This document shows, piece by piece, positions 23,560-35,162 of a DNA stretch of 64,000 bases. Source of the DNA: Squalus acanthias (Eukaryota); the NCBI GenBank assembly GCA_030390025.1, contig CM059431.1:122762001-122826000 (forward strand), written 5' to 3'. The position numbers and the translations under genes were made by a program. The stretch's first letter is position 1; each line of letters begins with the position of its first letter. Under the pieces are notes generated by a model. The model saw only the letters and a list, made by a program, of their open reading frames with translations. It was not told where the DNA came from and searched no databases.

Positions 23560-24287
23560 TGTCTGTGTATTAAGGAGAAACTGTCCTATTTTGGCTGCAT
23601 TCTGAGATGTGTTTCTCCAGTCACGTGCCCAGAGGCTCGCGTTGGACTGGCGATGAATAGAAAACCAGCCATCTGTTCCTGTGCTTTTGCATGAATAACG
23701 CAGTTGGAGGCGAAGTCCCGAGTGCAGCCATTGGTCTTTGTAAACAGAGACCCTTACACTGCTATGAAATATCTGGATCCCTTCTTTGTAGTTGTCCAGA
23801 GTGGGTTTCTAAATGCCTTCATCTCATGCCATTCTGTGGGCTTCAATGCCTTGGCATCATCAATCGGTAGATTCTTAAGAAATATTCCAATTGTACTTAC
23901 AGCCTGAGGTCCCTCCTGAAGATGCCAATGATGTTGTTCAGTGACCGTATGTAATGCAAAGCATCCTTGCTGCATGAAAGTGTACGAATGTCTGTAACTC
24001 TACTAGACCAGGTGAGCTCATGCTCATGAAATAGCTTTCGTTTCACTGATGGCTCCAAGAACAACCTAGCAGGGAGCCTGGACCTGCTCAATCTTTGTCT
24101 AACTGTAGCAAGCTCTGCTCCTTCTTCATCTCTGATTAATGACTCCTCCTGTGTTCCCTCTTCAAACTCCAATCCTCCAAAACATCTGTGACTGATGTGT
24201 GGTTTAGTAAAATGGATGATGCAGAGTGCTGAGGAGAGCTTTGCAGTACAGAAGTACTGGCTTCCTCCTCCTGAACTTGTGGCCTTT
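23560..24287 (-). pseudogene. Probable diverged Harbinger Myb-like last-exon remnant
   Basis: Acceptor ttgtttctttttacag at 24288; acidic start (RPQVQEEEASTS), then a KRKL..HE..L and coiled-coil-like stretch in the same order as exon 3 of the other copies; frameshifted. Confidence 0.4.
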
Positions 24288-24824
24288 CTGTAAAAAGAAA
24301 CAACAAGGTGGCATTGGATGAGGACACTAGCATTATTTCACATTTTGTTTTCAGTGCCATGACCTGGCAGAGCACAAATATTCATAGAATCATAGAAATT
24401 TACAGCACAGAAGGAGGCCATTAATAATGCTTTTAACCTGATGAGAGTCTTGGCTAAGTTCAAGTGAGCACATAAATCCTTTTGCCCTGACTTTAGAATA
24501 GTAAAGGAAGAAAGTACAGAGCACACTTTACTGTGGCCTGACATTCCCTCCTCAAAACTGGGTGTTTCACATACTTTATTCTCATAACCACATATACAAT
24601 TACAAAAGCAGCAGGTTTTACAGAAATGCTACCAAACCTAATTTACAGCATACCCAGAGTATAATAATGTTTATATTGGTATCTTATGTAATTAGAAAAG
24701 GATTGATTAAAAATTGTACAAGTTTCCAGGGCTTGACTCATTTAGTTATGTGGTTGAAGTGCTCATCGTGACTGGAAAGGTAATAAATGGCTTATGCTTA
24801 CAGGAACCTGAATGTAAAAATATG

Positions 24825-25713
24825 GGGGGAAAATTCAGTTGGTTGCGCCTCCCATTAGCGCCTTAAGAGGGCGCTAATGGGGCGCAAAGCAACTAGTGCC
24901 CGGGCGCGGCGATGTTTTCGCCGCTCGCGAAATTAACTAGACATTTTGCGGCGGCGCTAAACAGTACCGTCACGATCTCCTGCGCCGGCAGATCGTGATG
25001 TCAGTCGAGTGCGCAACGCCCCGGTAGCGCCCCGGAGCGGATATTGAGTGGCGCCCCCTGCCTTACCACCTGCCGCAAGCAACGACAGGTTGAGGGGAGC
25101 GTTTTGTAGTCAGGAAGGGACTGGGGGAGCGCTATTTAAAGGCGACCGCTTCCTGCCTTTTTTTGTTGGTGACATTTTTGAACCACGCATTCTGAGAGAG
25201 AGAGAGAGACTTCTGGAGAGATTCAACGCTGTGTGAAGGAGTTTTGGGTACTGAGCAGCACTTTGCAGGTTCATTTTGATTTGCCCTTCCTTGTATCGAT
25301 TTAGAAGAGATTGTGGGGGCTGCACTCTGAGCTCTTTCCCTGGGCCTCTCCATTGTTCTTTCCAGCAGATTTGATGTACAGGTCTCTCCAGGCCGAGATT
25401 CAAGGCTGCAATGAGCAGGATGTGATGGAAAGCAAGATCAACCCTCCCCTTTAAGAACTGGCCGGGGCCATTGTGTCTGTGTTCCATTGCTGACTGACAT
25501 CACATGAGCTTCGCCAGCGCTCTGAGTTAGCGCCTCGCTCCTCGGCCTTTGCGCCTTAAGACAGATGTGTAGCGCCTGATTTAGCGCTCCAATCACCTCC
25601 AGGGGCGATAAAAGTCAAGTTTGCAGTCAGAGGCGATAATTAGTGCCAGGCGCTAATCTTTGCGCCCGGCCGATAATTGCGCCCCAAACGGGGCGATTCT
25701 GAATTTTTCCCCC
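24825..25713 (-). mobile_element. Non-autonomous Harbinger family A derivative, inverted sister of 12886-13778
   Basis: Reverse complement is collinear with 12886-13778 over its full length; TIRs gggggaaaattcag / ctgaatttttccccc; ATG on both flanks (start ambiguous by 1 nt in the G-run). Confidence 0.9.
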
Positions 25714-26119
25714 ATGATGTTTAAATGTGCCAAGACAAATCTATGATGTCAAAAAACACTGGCACTGATGTAGTCCATTCTCAGCAATAATTTCAAACTT
25801 TGATCATTCAGATTTTGATTAAGTACGCCATACCAAAGTAGTGTTGATTAAGATGCCAAATTGAATTGCGAACTCAAAGTGAGTTGAATTATATTGGCTT
25901 TAATATTCATTTTGACTAGATCAGCTTTGGAGATGTCCACTACTGTAGTTCTACGCCTTTGTGACACTTGCTGTCTTTGGGTCCCATGGATATATGATAT
26001 TACCACCAAGTACTTGTTTCTGAGATCAAAAGGCCAGTGTGAGTCAACTTCAGCAGAAGGTAGTGATGGAGCAAAGGGTAGAATGAATCAACATGACTCA
26101 GAGGCTACAGACACTCATG

Positions 26120-26764
26120 TGGCAGTTTTGAATTTGGGCGGTCTTCAGGCAGCCAGCAGGAGAAGCAGTTATGCTGTCAGGCCATAGTCCTTGCCATGAG
26201 TCATGAGCCATTTCGATGGTGGGACCTCATTTGCTTACTTCTGGTGAGTTGCGAGCACAGAACCAGTGCTCCCAGGTAGCTCGCCAGCAGGGGTTCTTGG
26301 AATTCCCATGTGGAGCGAACCAGAAATCTTACCTGCAAGAGCAAGTGAGGCAATTACGGTGGGGAGGGAAGTGAGGATGGGCCGACTGGGGGTTGGAAGA
26401 TGTTTTGGAGGCCAGAGGAGCATTAAAAAAAACAGAAGCTTAACTCTTTGAGTGGTCTGTAAGTGTGCATTTACATACCGCTGGTTAGACTGCTCACCGC
26501 TTGGTGCCAATGGGTGGAGTGTGCATAGTGCATTCTCTGCACATTGGTACGTCATAATTGCATCGGGGTCATATCTACACCAAAGGACCTAGATTATCAG
26601 ATCCTAAGTAGGCTCCTGCCTGAAATAGACCACTCTGGAAAACCCCCAACAAAAATACCAGTGAGTAGAAAAAGTGAAAAAGCAGGGAAGAAAATGTATC
26701 GCCATAATTTTTGTGGCTTACCTGCCCTGTTTCTGCCAGACAAAGACCCTCATAATTGGGGCCC
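26120..26764. mobile_element. Possible old Harbinger-type MITE
   Basis: Right end cataattggggccc resembles the termini of other MITEs here; left end poorly defined. Confidence 0.3.
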
Positions 26765-27684
26765 ATATCTTACATTCATGCAAGTGACAAGAATGAGTCA
26801 GTTTTCAGGCTGGGTGCGCAGGGTCAGATGCCAATATATAAATTAACCTGGGTTAGATAATGAAATCTAAGCATAGTGGATTTGATTTCAGATACTGCGC
26901 AATAGATCAGAAGTTGTTAGTGTTTTGGTACTAGTGTCAATAAGTGCGGATGCTGTATGAGCAACGAGGAAGAGCACTGAAACCGAATTATGGGTCTGAA
27001 GTGACTTCAGTTGAGCTATTGCAAATGTACTTGGAAATACTCAAAGTGAACACTATGAACTACTTCTTATCCAACTTTTCTTCTCCACAATTTGCTTTCC
27101 CAATTTTCTTGCTTTCCATCATGTGGAACTATCCAAAATAGCATTGATTTTTTTTTTCAACTGTAGGCTTCTTAGCTTTATATTCATACATACTAAGTCA
27201 CTACAAGTGGAACTGTCTGGTTTCAATTTTACTTTATTCATCCATAAAAGGCTAAGAGATGACTTTTGTAATTCAAAAGAATTCAATTCATTCAAGGTTA
27301 AAAGATGTCAGAACAAGCTATGTATTCACTGCGTTACATTGAAGTAAATGAAGCATACAAGTACTTTGCAATGGACAAAATAAAAATAAATACAGAAAGA
27401 ATGACTCATTACTACCAGTAGAAAGTGCAGCATTTGCAGAAACTATCATAGATAAGTAAATGGCAGAGGCACCAAAATAAAGGCAATTAAAGGTTATATT
27501 TCCTCAATGTTTTCAGTGCATTAGTAGTGTATAAACATTGCAGGATTTTCTTTTAGGTAGGAAAATCAAATAAAAGCTGTTTATGCTACACTTCCACCTT
27601 TGCATATGTCAAGGTGAGGGCCAGTGGCATAGCAGCTCTGAGTTTCCTGGTTTTGCACTCCTAATGCACTCTGGGTAACTTAGA

Positions 27685-28190
27685 CTGACATCTTGACATT
27701 TTCAATTGAAGCAGCAGCCACAGCCATTTGGGGGAGAGAGGTCCACATTTCCACTACACTGTGGGTGAAGAAGTGCTTCCTGATTTCACTCCTGAATGGC
27801 CTAGCTCTAATTTTAAGATTATGCCCCCTTGTTCTGGACTCCCCCACCAAGGGAAATAGCTCCTCTGTATCTACTCTGTCAAAACCTTTTATCATTTTAC
27901 ACACCTCACTTAGATCACCCCTTAATCTTCTAAACCCAAGGGAATACAACCCAAGTTTATGCAACCTGTCTTCACAATTTAACACTTTTAGCCCCAGTAT
28001 CATTTTGTTAAATCTGCACTGCACCCTCTCGAGGGCCAATATATCCTTCCTGACGTGTAGTCCCCAGAAGTGAACATATTACTCCATATAGGGTCTGCCC
28101 AAGGCTTTGTACAATTGAAGTATAACATCCTCCCCTTTGTATTCCAAACCTCTTGAGATAAAGGCTAACATCCACTGGCCTTTTTGATTC
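27685..28190 (-). mobile_element. CR1 LINE 3' fragment
   Basis: ALERVQCRF..RRLRGDL..SRTRGHNLKIRARPFRSEIRKHFFT. Confidence 0.9.
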
Positions 28191-28552
28191 ATTTATTAGT
28201 CACTAATACTCATGCTGTCAAGTGAGATCTCATTTGTCATAGAGAAGGTATTTAATTTCATACATTGCCCACCAAAAGGAGGTTTTCTGAGGCAGGTAAG
28301 ATTGGGGAAGAAGATAAAGAGAAAGTTAGAAGACTATATGGTTATAAAGAGCTTTTAAGGCAAACTAGGTGTCTTTTCAGAGAAGATTAAAAGGGCATCA
28401 AAATTATGAAAGGTTTTGATAAGTAAATGCCAAATAACTATTTCCACTGGTGGTGAGTTGGTAACTAAAGTGCATAAATTTAGGATTATCATCAAAAGAA
28501 CAAAGGAAGAGATTACAAGAATTATCTTTAGCACAAAGATCTATTAAACATG

Positions 28553-28620
28553 ACCCCCCCAGCCCCTGCTGCACCCCCCCCCCCGCCCCCACCCCGCCAC
28601 CGCCCCCCCCCCCCCCCCCC
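28553..28620. repeat. Poly-C/low-complexity tract (G-runs on the - strand)
   Basis: Several long C runs read directly. Confidence 0.9.
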
Positions 28621-30354
28621 ACCAGCATATCAGGCATTAACATGGAGAATCCTTTGCATTTTGTCTCATACAATCTGTACATTGAGGGAGTGGAAGCTCC
28701 TCATGCATGCTAAACAGCGGAAGCAGCATGCTATAGACAGAACTAAGCGATCCCACAATCAACAGATAAGATCAAAGCTCTGCAGTCCTGCCACATCCAG
28801 TTGTGAATGGTGGTGGACAATTAAACAACTAATGGGAGCAAGAGCTCCGTGAATATCCCCATCCTCAATGATGGCGGAGCCCAGCATGCGAGTGCAAAAG
28901 ACAAGGCTGAAGCATTTGCAACCATCTTCAGCCAGAGTGTCGAGTGGATGATCCATATAGCCTCCGCCTGAGGTCCCCACCATCACAAAAGCCAGTTTTC
29001 AGCCAATTTGATTCACTCCACGTGATATCAAGATACGGCTGAGCGCACTGGATACAGCAAAGGCTATGGGCCCCGGCAACATCCCAGCTGTCGTGCTGAA
29101 GACTTGTGCTGCAGAACTAGCTGTGCCTCTAGCCAAGCTGTTCCAGTACAGCTACAACAGTGGCATCTATCCAACAATGTGAAAAACTGCCCAGGTCTGT
29201 CCTGTCCACAAAAAGCAGGACAAATCCAATCCGGCCAATTACCGCCCCATCAGTCTGCTCTCAATCATCAGAAAAGTGATGGAAGGTGTCATCGACAGTG
29301 CTATCAAGCAGTACTTACTCACCAATAACCTGCGCACTGATGCTCAGTTTGGGTTCCGCCAGGACCACTCAGCTCCAGACCTCATTACAGCCTTGGTCCA
29401 GACATGGACAACAGAGCTGAATTCCAGAGGTGAGGTGAGAATGAATGCCCTTGACATCAAGGCAGCATTTGACCGAGTGTGGCATCGAAGAGCCCTAGTA
29501 AAATTGAAGTCAATGGGAATCAGGGGGAAAACTCTCCACTGGCTGGAGTCATACCTAGCACAAAGGAAGATGGTTGTGGTTGTTGGAGTTCAATAAAATT
29601 AGCCCCAGGACATCGATGCAGGAGTTCCTCAGGGCAGTGTCCTACGGCCCAACCATCTTCAGCTGCTTCATCAATGACCTTCCCTCCATCATCAGGTCAG
29701 AAGTGAGGATGTTCGCTGATGGTTGCACAGTATTCAGTTCCATTTGCAACTCCTCAGATAATGAAGCAGTCCATGCCCACATGCAGCAAGACCTGGACGA
29801 CATTCAGGCTTGGGCTGATAAGTGGCAAGTAACATTCACGCCACACAAGTGCCAGGCAATGATTATCTCCAACAAACGAGAGTCTAACCGCCGATCCTTG
29901 ATATTCAATGGCATTATCATCGCCAAATCCCCCACCATCAACATCCTGGGAGTTACCATTGACCAGAAACTTAACTGGACCAGCCACATAAATACTGTGG
30001 CAAGAAAAGCTGGGTATTCTGCGGCAAGTGTCTCATCTCTGACTCCCCAAAGCTTTTCCACCATCTACAAGGCACAAGTAAGGAGTGTGATGGTATAATC
30101 TCCACTTGACTGGAGGAGTGCAGCTCCAACAACACTCAAGAAGCTCGACACCATCCAGGACAAAGCAGCCCGCTTGATTGGCACCATCCATCCACCACCT
30201 TAAACATTCACTCCCTCCACCTCCAGCGTACCGAGGCTGCAGTGTGTACCATCTACAAGATGTACTGCAGCAACTCGATGAGGCTTCTTCGGCAGCACCT
30301 CCCAAACCCGTGACCTCTTCCACCTAGAAGGACAAGGGCAGCAGGTGCATGGGA

Positions 30355-30505
30355 AACATAGAAACATAGAAAATAGGTGCAGGAGTAGACCATTCGGTCC
30401 TTCGAGCCTGCACCGCCATTCAATGCGTTCATGGCTGAACATGCTACCTCAGTACCCCATTCCTGCTTTCTCGCCATACCCCTTGATCCCCCTAGTTGTG
30501 AGTAT
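30355..30505 (-). repeat. CR1 3' tail inserted in the 3' region of the LINE
   Basis: aaacatagaaacatagaaaataggtgcaggagtagaccattcgg; same tail type as 53400. Confidence 0.85.
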
Positions 30506-30568
30506 TATATCTAACACCACCACCTCCAAGTTCTCCTCCAAGTTACACACCATCCTGACTTGGAAATA

Positions 30569-30842
30569 TTTTTTTTAATTTGTTTATGGGATGTGGGCAT
30601 CACTGGCAAGGCCAGCATTTATTGCCCATTCCTAATTGCCCTTCAGAAGGTGGTGGTGAGCTGCCTTCTTGAATTGCTGCTGTCCATGTGGTGAAGGTAC
30701 TCCCACAGTGCTGTTAGGTAGGGAGTTCCAGGATTGTGACCCAGCGACGATGAAGGATCGGCGATATACTTCTAAGTCAGGATGGTGTGTGACTTGGAGT
30801 GGAACTTGGAGGTGGTGGTGTTCCCATGCACCTGCTGCACTT
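30569..30842 (-). repeat. Antisense 3' end of the same LINE family inserted into its own 3'UTR
   Basis: Begins with poly-T and is the reverse complement of the host 3' region (30330-30360, 30515-30568, 30843-31030). Confidence 0.85.
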
Positions 30843-31031
30843 GTCGCCATTCCTTCATCGTTGCTGGGTCAAAATCCCTCCATAACAGCACTGTGGGAGT
30901 ACCTTCACCACAAGAACTGGAGTGGTTCAAGAAGGTGGCTCACCACTACCTTCTCAAGGGCAATTAGGGATGGGCAATAAATGCTGGCCTTGCCAGCAAC
31001 GCCCACATCCCAGGAACGAATAAAAAAAAAA

Positions 31032-31520
31032 TGTTGAGATAGTTGAGTGGCTGTTCTGTGGCAGCAATGTGTGCACCATCAATTACACCCTGGATTTTGG
31101 GGAAGCCAGCAACCATGTAAAAGTGGATGGTGCTATCTCGCTGCTGCTTTGCTATGATGCCAAAGGTGATGGATTTGCTTACTCTCCTATAATGACTGTC
31201 AGTGATCTGAGGACTGCATGCCGATAATGCTGCCTGATTGATATTATACAGGTTGTCCATGGCTACCTAAAATAACCTTGAGGGCTATGAGAGAGGTGTG
31301 GGGTCAGATACGTGTGGCTGCATGTCCTCCTGCAGTAGTTGACAGAGCCGCCCTATTGCCTCTTTGGTAAAATGCACTCTTATTAAGCACAACTCCTCAG
31401 AAAATTCCTTGTATGGTCTGTGCTGTCTTTTTATTCTGTGGAGGAGGGGTGCATCTTCCTTAAAAGCGGCCTGTATCTCTGGCTTTATCTTGTGCTGCTG
31501 CTCTTCCTCTCTTCCATGAT
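31032..31520 (-). pseudogene. Old Harbinger transposase remnant
   Basis: EFSEELCLIRVHFTKEAIGRLCQLLQEDMQP; VAGFPKIQGVIDGAHIA. Confidence 0.75.
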
Positions 31521-31734
31521 AATGACACACAAGGTTATGCCAATAAGGAATGCTATACCTGATTCTGTGAAAAGCAGTCAGAATCAAGTTCAGGTGTCTT
31601 TTGGCAGAATGGCAAAAATAAAAATACTTTAAAAAGCATTTCCCAGCTGCAGAGATCTGAGTTCAAAATCTCCAGACTCTCCTGTGTCAAAAACTCCTCG
31701 CTTGCGCCTTAAGCAGCTGATTCTGGCATTTTTC

Positions 31735-31850
31735 TTTTTTTCATTCACAGGATGTGGGCAACGCTGGCAAGGCCGACAATTATTACCCATCCCTGGTTGC
31801 CCTGAGAAAGTGGTGACAAGGCCTACTTCATGAACCGCTGCAGCCCAAAG
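31735..31850 (-). repeat. 3' tail of the second LINE family
   Basis: tttttcattcacaggatgtgggcaacgctggcaaggcc, as at 30570-30680. Confidence 0.75.
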
Positions 31851-31864
31851 CCAGCATTTATGCC

Positions 31865-32160
31865 CCTCCCTGTGGTGGGGGAATCCAGAACTAGGGGACA
31901 CAATCTTAAAATTAGAGCTAGGCCATTCAGGAGTGAAATCAGGAAGTACTTTTTCACCCACAGTTTAGTGGAAATGTGGCTCTCTCTCCCCCAAAAGGCT
32001 GTGGCTGTTGCTTCAATTGAAAATGTCAAAACTGAGATCGACAAATTTTTATTAGGTAAGGCTATCAGGGAATTATGGAGCAAAATGGAGTTGAGGTACA
32101 GATCAGCCATAACCTAATTGAATGGTAGAGCAAGCATGAGGAGCTGAATGGCCTACTCCA
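31865..32160 (+). mobile_element. CR1 LINE 3' fragment
   Basis: VGESRTRGHNLKIRARPFRSEIRKYFFTH; closely related to 27685-27860. Confidence 0.88.
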
Positions 32161-34200
32161 GTTGTTATAAAAATGATCAACTAATTACAATGATCCTTTG
32201 CTAAGGTATCTCTCTATTGAACATAAATGTGTTAAAAAACTATTATTGCTTGCTTTCAATTAGGTTGACAAAGAACAGACCTTCCATGAGGTGCCTCTCT
32301 CCTTTTGGTTGGCCACACAAATCATGATAAGGGAGACATCTTTCCCAATATTAGGGTCCTCTGGAGCATTATTAAGCCATCCAGCCAAAGTCAGTAGCAC
32401 ATTAATTAGTCTGTTGGTCTGCTCTTTGCAGGTCTGACTCACTTTTGCATCAATGTCTTAATTGGAAACATCTGTTGTACAAGCGTGTGTGAATCCTTTG
32501 TCTGTGCTCAGGATTTCCCAGTATGCAACAATTAGTTCTTTTAGCGTTTCCAGAATTCTTGCAGTATGCCCATGATGGTTAATTTTCCTGCAGACACTTA
32601 CATATATTTAAATAGGGATGTCTTTCCTTGTCATCTGAATGTAGTACATCTGTTTGAAAGGTTTTAGTATTTGATTCTTAAAAAACATCTAAGGGTACAG
32701 AGCTATTTCCACTTTTGAAGTGATGCTTAAAGGTTTCAGGTGTGCATCAACATGAAAGTAACAGAATAACTCAGCAGTGATCTAATTTCCAAACGCACGA
32801 AAATGGGAGATGTGCATTGCTTTCGGTGGATAGTGTCATACTGTTTCGACTCTGTACAAGATGTGGTCTAACTTCTGCCCAATGCAAATCCCTATATTAA
32901 AACTGCTTACCTGATTCACTGAACCCCTGGGGCTTTATACACTTATTTTTCAATCTTTTTAATGTAATAAAATGTGGACACCCCTCTTAACATTAGTTGC
33001 CTAGGGAGTGAGCTCTGTGCATGCATCCAAACATGCAGATGCAGAGCTCCTTTTGTTGGTATGCTCAGTGTGAGATGTAAACAATTGGTGTAACATTACA
33101 CTGTTCAGATATCAGTTTTTACAAGTAAAGTGACCAGGAAGTTGTTGCATTGTCCTATGACACACAATTGTTTCGCTAATGTCCTTTAGGGAAGGAAACC
33201 AGACATTCATTCCCAGTTTGGCCTACACAAATGACTCCAGTCCCACATTAATGTGGTCAACTCTTAACAGCCCTCTGTAATGGCCTAGCAAACCATTCAG
33301 TTGAATCAAACTGCTAGAGAGAAAAACAAAAATAAAACTGGATGGATCACTCGGTTGCAGCCTAGGAATCGAATTAAGTCACAACAAAGGCACACCCAGC
33401 CCGGTCAACCCTGCAAATTCCTGCCCTCTAACATCTGGGGACTAGTGCCACAATTGAGAGGGGTTAGTCAAGCAACTGCCTGATATAGCCATACTCACAA
33501 AATCATATCTATCAGCAAACATCCCAGACTCCTCCATCACCATCCTTGGGTATGTCCTGTCCCACCGGCAGGACAGACTCACCAGAGGTAGAGATACAGT
33601 GGTATATGGTCAGGGGTCAATAGCCCTGGGAGTACTCAACATTTACTCCGGACGCCATGAAGTTTCATGGCTTCAGGTCAAACATGGGCAAGGAAATTTC
33701 CGAAGATTACCACCAGCCATCCTCCTTCAGCTGATGAATCAGTACTCCTCCATGTTGAGCAGCACTTGAAGGAAACAATGAGAGTAGCAAGGGGAAAGAA
33801 TGTACTCTGGGTGGGGAACTTCAATGCCCATCACCGAGAGTGGCTCGATAGTACCACCACTGACTGAGCAGGCTGAGCCCTGAAGGAAATAGCTGCCAGA
33901 CTAGGCTTGCAACAGGTGGTGAGAGAATTAACACAAGTGAATAACCTACTTGGCCTAATCCTCAGCAATCTGCCTATTGCAGATGCATCTGTCCATGACA
34001 GCATCGGGAGAAGTAACCAATGCACAGTCCTATGGAGACCAAGACCAGTCTTCACACCCTCCATCGTGTTATGCGGCACTACTACCATGCCAAGAGGGAT
34101 AAATTAAAAACAAATCAAACAGCTCAAAATTTGAAATCCATGAGATGCTGTGGACCATTAGCCACAGAGATTTTTACGACACCAATCTATAACCTCATGG

Positions 34201-34750
34201 AGATAAGCAGAGAAATTAACTCATGAGTCTGGGAGGGGTCTGCCATAGGTACCCATTCCCCTGTAATTGGACAATTGAATGGGTAACAAATGATTGGTGC
34301 AAGGTATCTACTGGCCCCCCCCCCAAAATAAGGTATATAAACGGGCAGCCAAAAGGTAAAAATGGGCAGAGAGGGGAAGGGCTTCCCTGGGGTGGATTCA
34401 TGCTGGCTCCAGCTTAAAACCTTGGTCAAGCTCAACCTTGGAGGTGGATTCATGCTAGCTTCGGCTTAACACCTCCGCCAGCCTTGGGAGACGACCAAAG
34501 AGGAAGAGACCACTGCCGTAGGCTGCAGGGATCTGAGACCACCGTTCTACCTCAACCTCCACCTCCATCCGTCTGTCCGTTCCGGGGCTGGTAAACCATT
34601 CTCATCTGTTACGGGTTGTATGTCTACTATGTCCATTCTGATTGCATGTTGTACTTAACTATATTTGAACTGCCGCTCCTTAATAAAACAGCTTATGACT
34701 CCTAAGACCCTTTGGGTAATCTGTGTGTGACCTGTGATCCAAATCTTACA
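34201..34750 (+). mobile_element. Solo-LTR-like insert, 5' few bases lost
   Basis: Ends ...atcttaCA; starts agataag (consistent with a clipped TGTAAGAT inverted end); TATA-like gtatataaa at ~34333; AATAAA at 34682; internal 33-bp direct repeat. Confidence 0.55.
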
Positions 34751-34829
34751 GTACTTATTGACCAATAACGTGGTCACTGTTAGTCAGTTTGGGTTCCACC
34801 AGGTCTACTCATCTGCAGACCTCATGACA

Positions 34830-35162
34830 CACAGAATCCCCACAGTACAGATAGAGGCCATCTCGGCCCATCGAGCCTGCACCTATCCCACGTATTTAAT
34901 TCCCCCTAACATATCCCATCCTATCCCCGTAACCCCGCATATTTAATCCCCCCCTAACACTAAGGGTCAATTTATCATAGCCAAATCAACCTAACCCGCA
35001 CATTTTTGGACTGTGGGAGGAAACCGGAGCACCCGGAGGAAACCCACGCAGACACGGGGAGAATGTGCAAACTCCACACAGACAGTCACCCGAGACCAGA
35101 TTCGAACCCGGCTCCCTGGCACTGTGAGGCACCAGTGCTAACCACTATGCCACCGTGTTGCC
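34830..35162 (-). mobile_element. HE1-type V-SINE
   Basis: tRNA-like head (ggtggcatagtggttagc..gggttcgaatc), V-domain (tgtgtggagtttgcacattctccccgtgtctgcgtgggtttcctccgggtgctccggtttcctcccacagtccaaa), CR1-like tail; TSD catgaca at 34823-34829 and 35163-35169. Confidence 0.92.

Larger units (their letters stand above)
28690..31030 (+). mobile_element. Non-LTR retrotransposon (CR1/L2-group, second family), 5'-truncated, with A-rich tail
   Basis: RT motifs YRPISLLSII, QFGFRQDHSAPD, ALDIKAAFDRVWH, GPTIFSCFINDL, MFADG, W..KWQVTF; ends cccacatccc..gaataaaaaaaaa. Confidence 0.9.

Noticed and set aside
28550..28852. Proline-rich ORF
   Set aside because: Poly-C tract fused to the start of a LINE fragment.
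32690..32960. Possible host exon next to a minus-strand donor-like site (cttacctg, ~32906)
   Set aside because: No matching acceptor or recognisable peptide; a single donor-like motif is expected by chance.
35090..35162. tRNA gene
   Set aside because: The A/B boxes belong to the HE1 SINE head, contiguous with the V-domain and bounded by a TSD.
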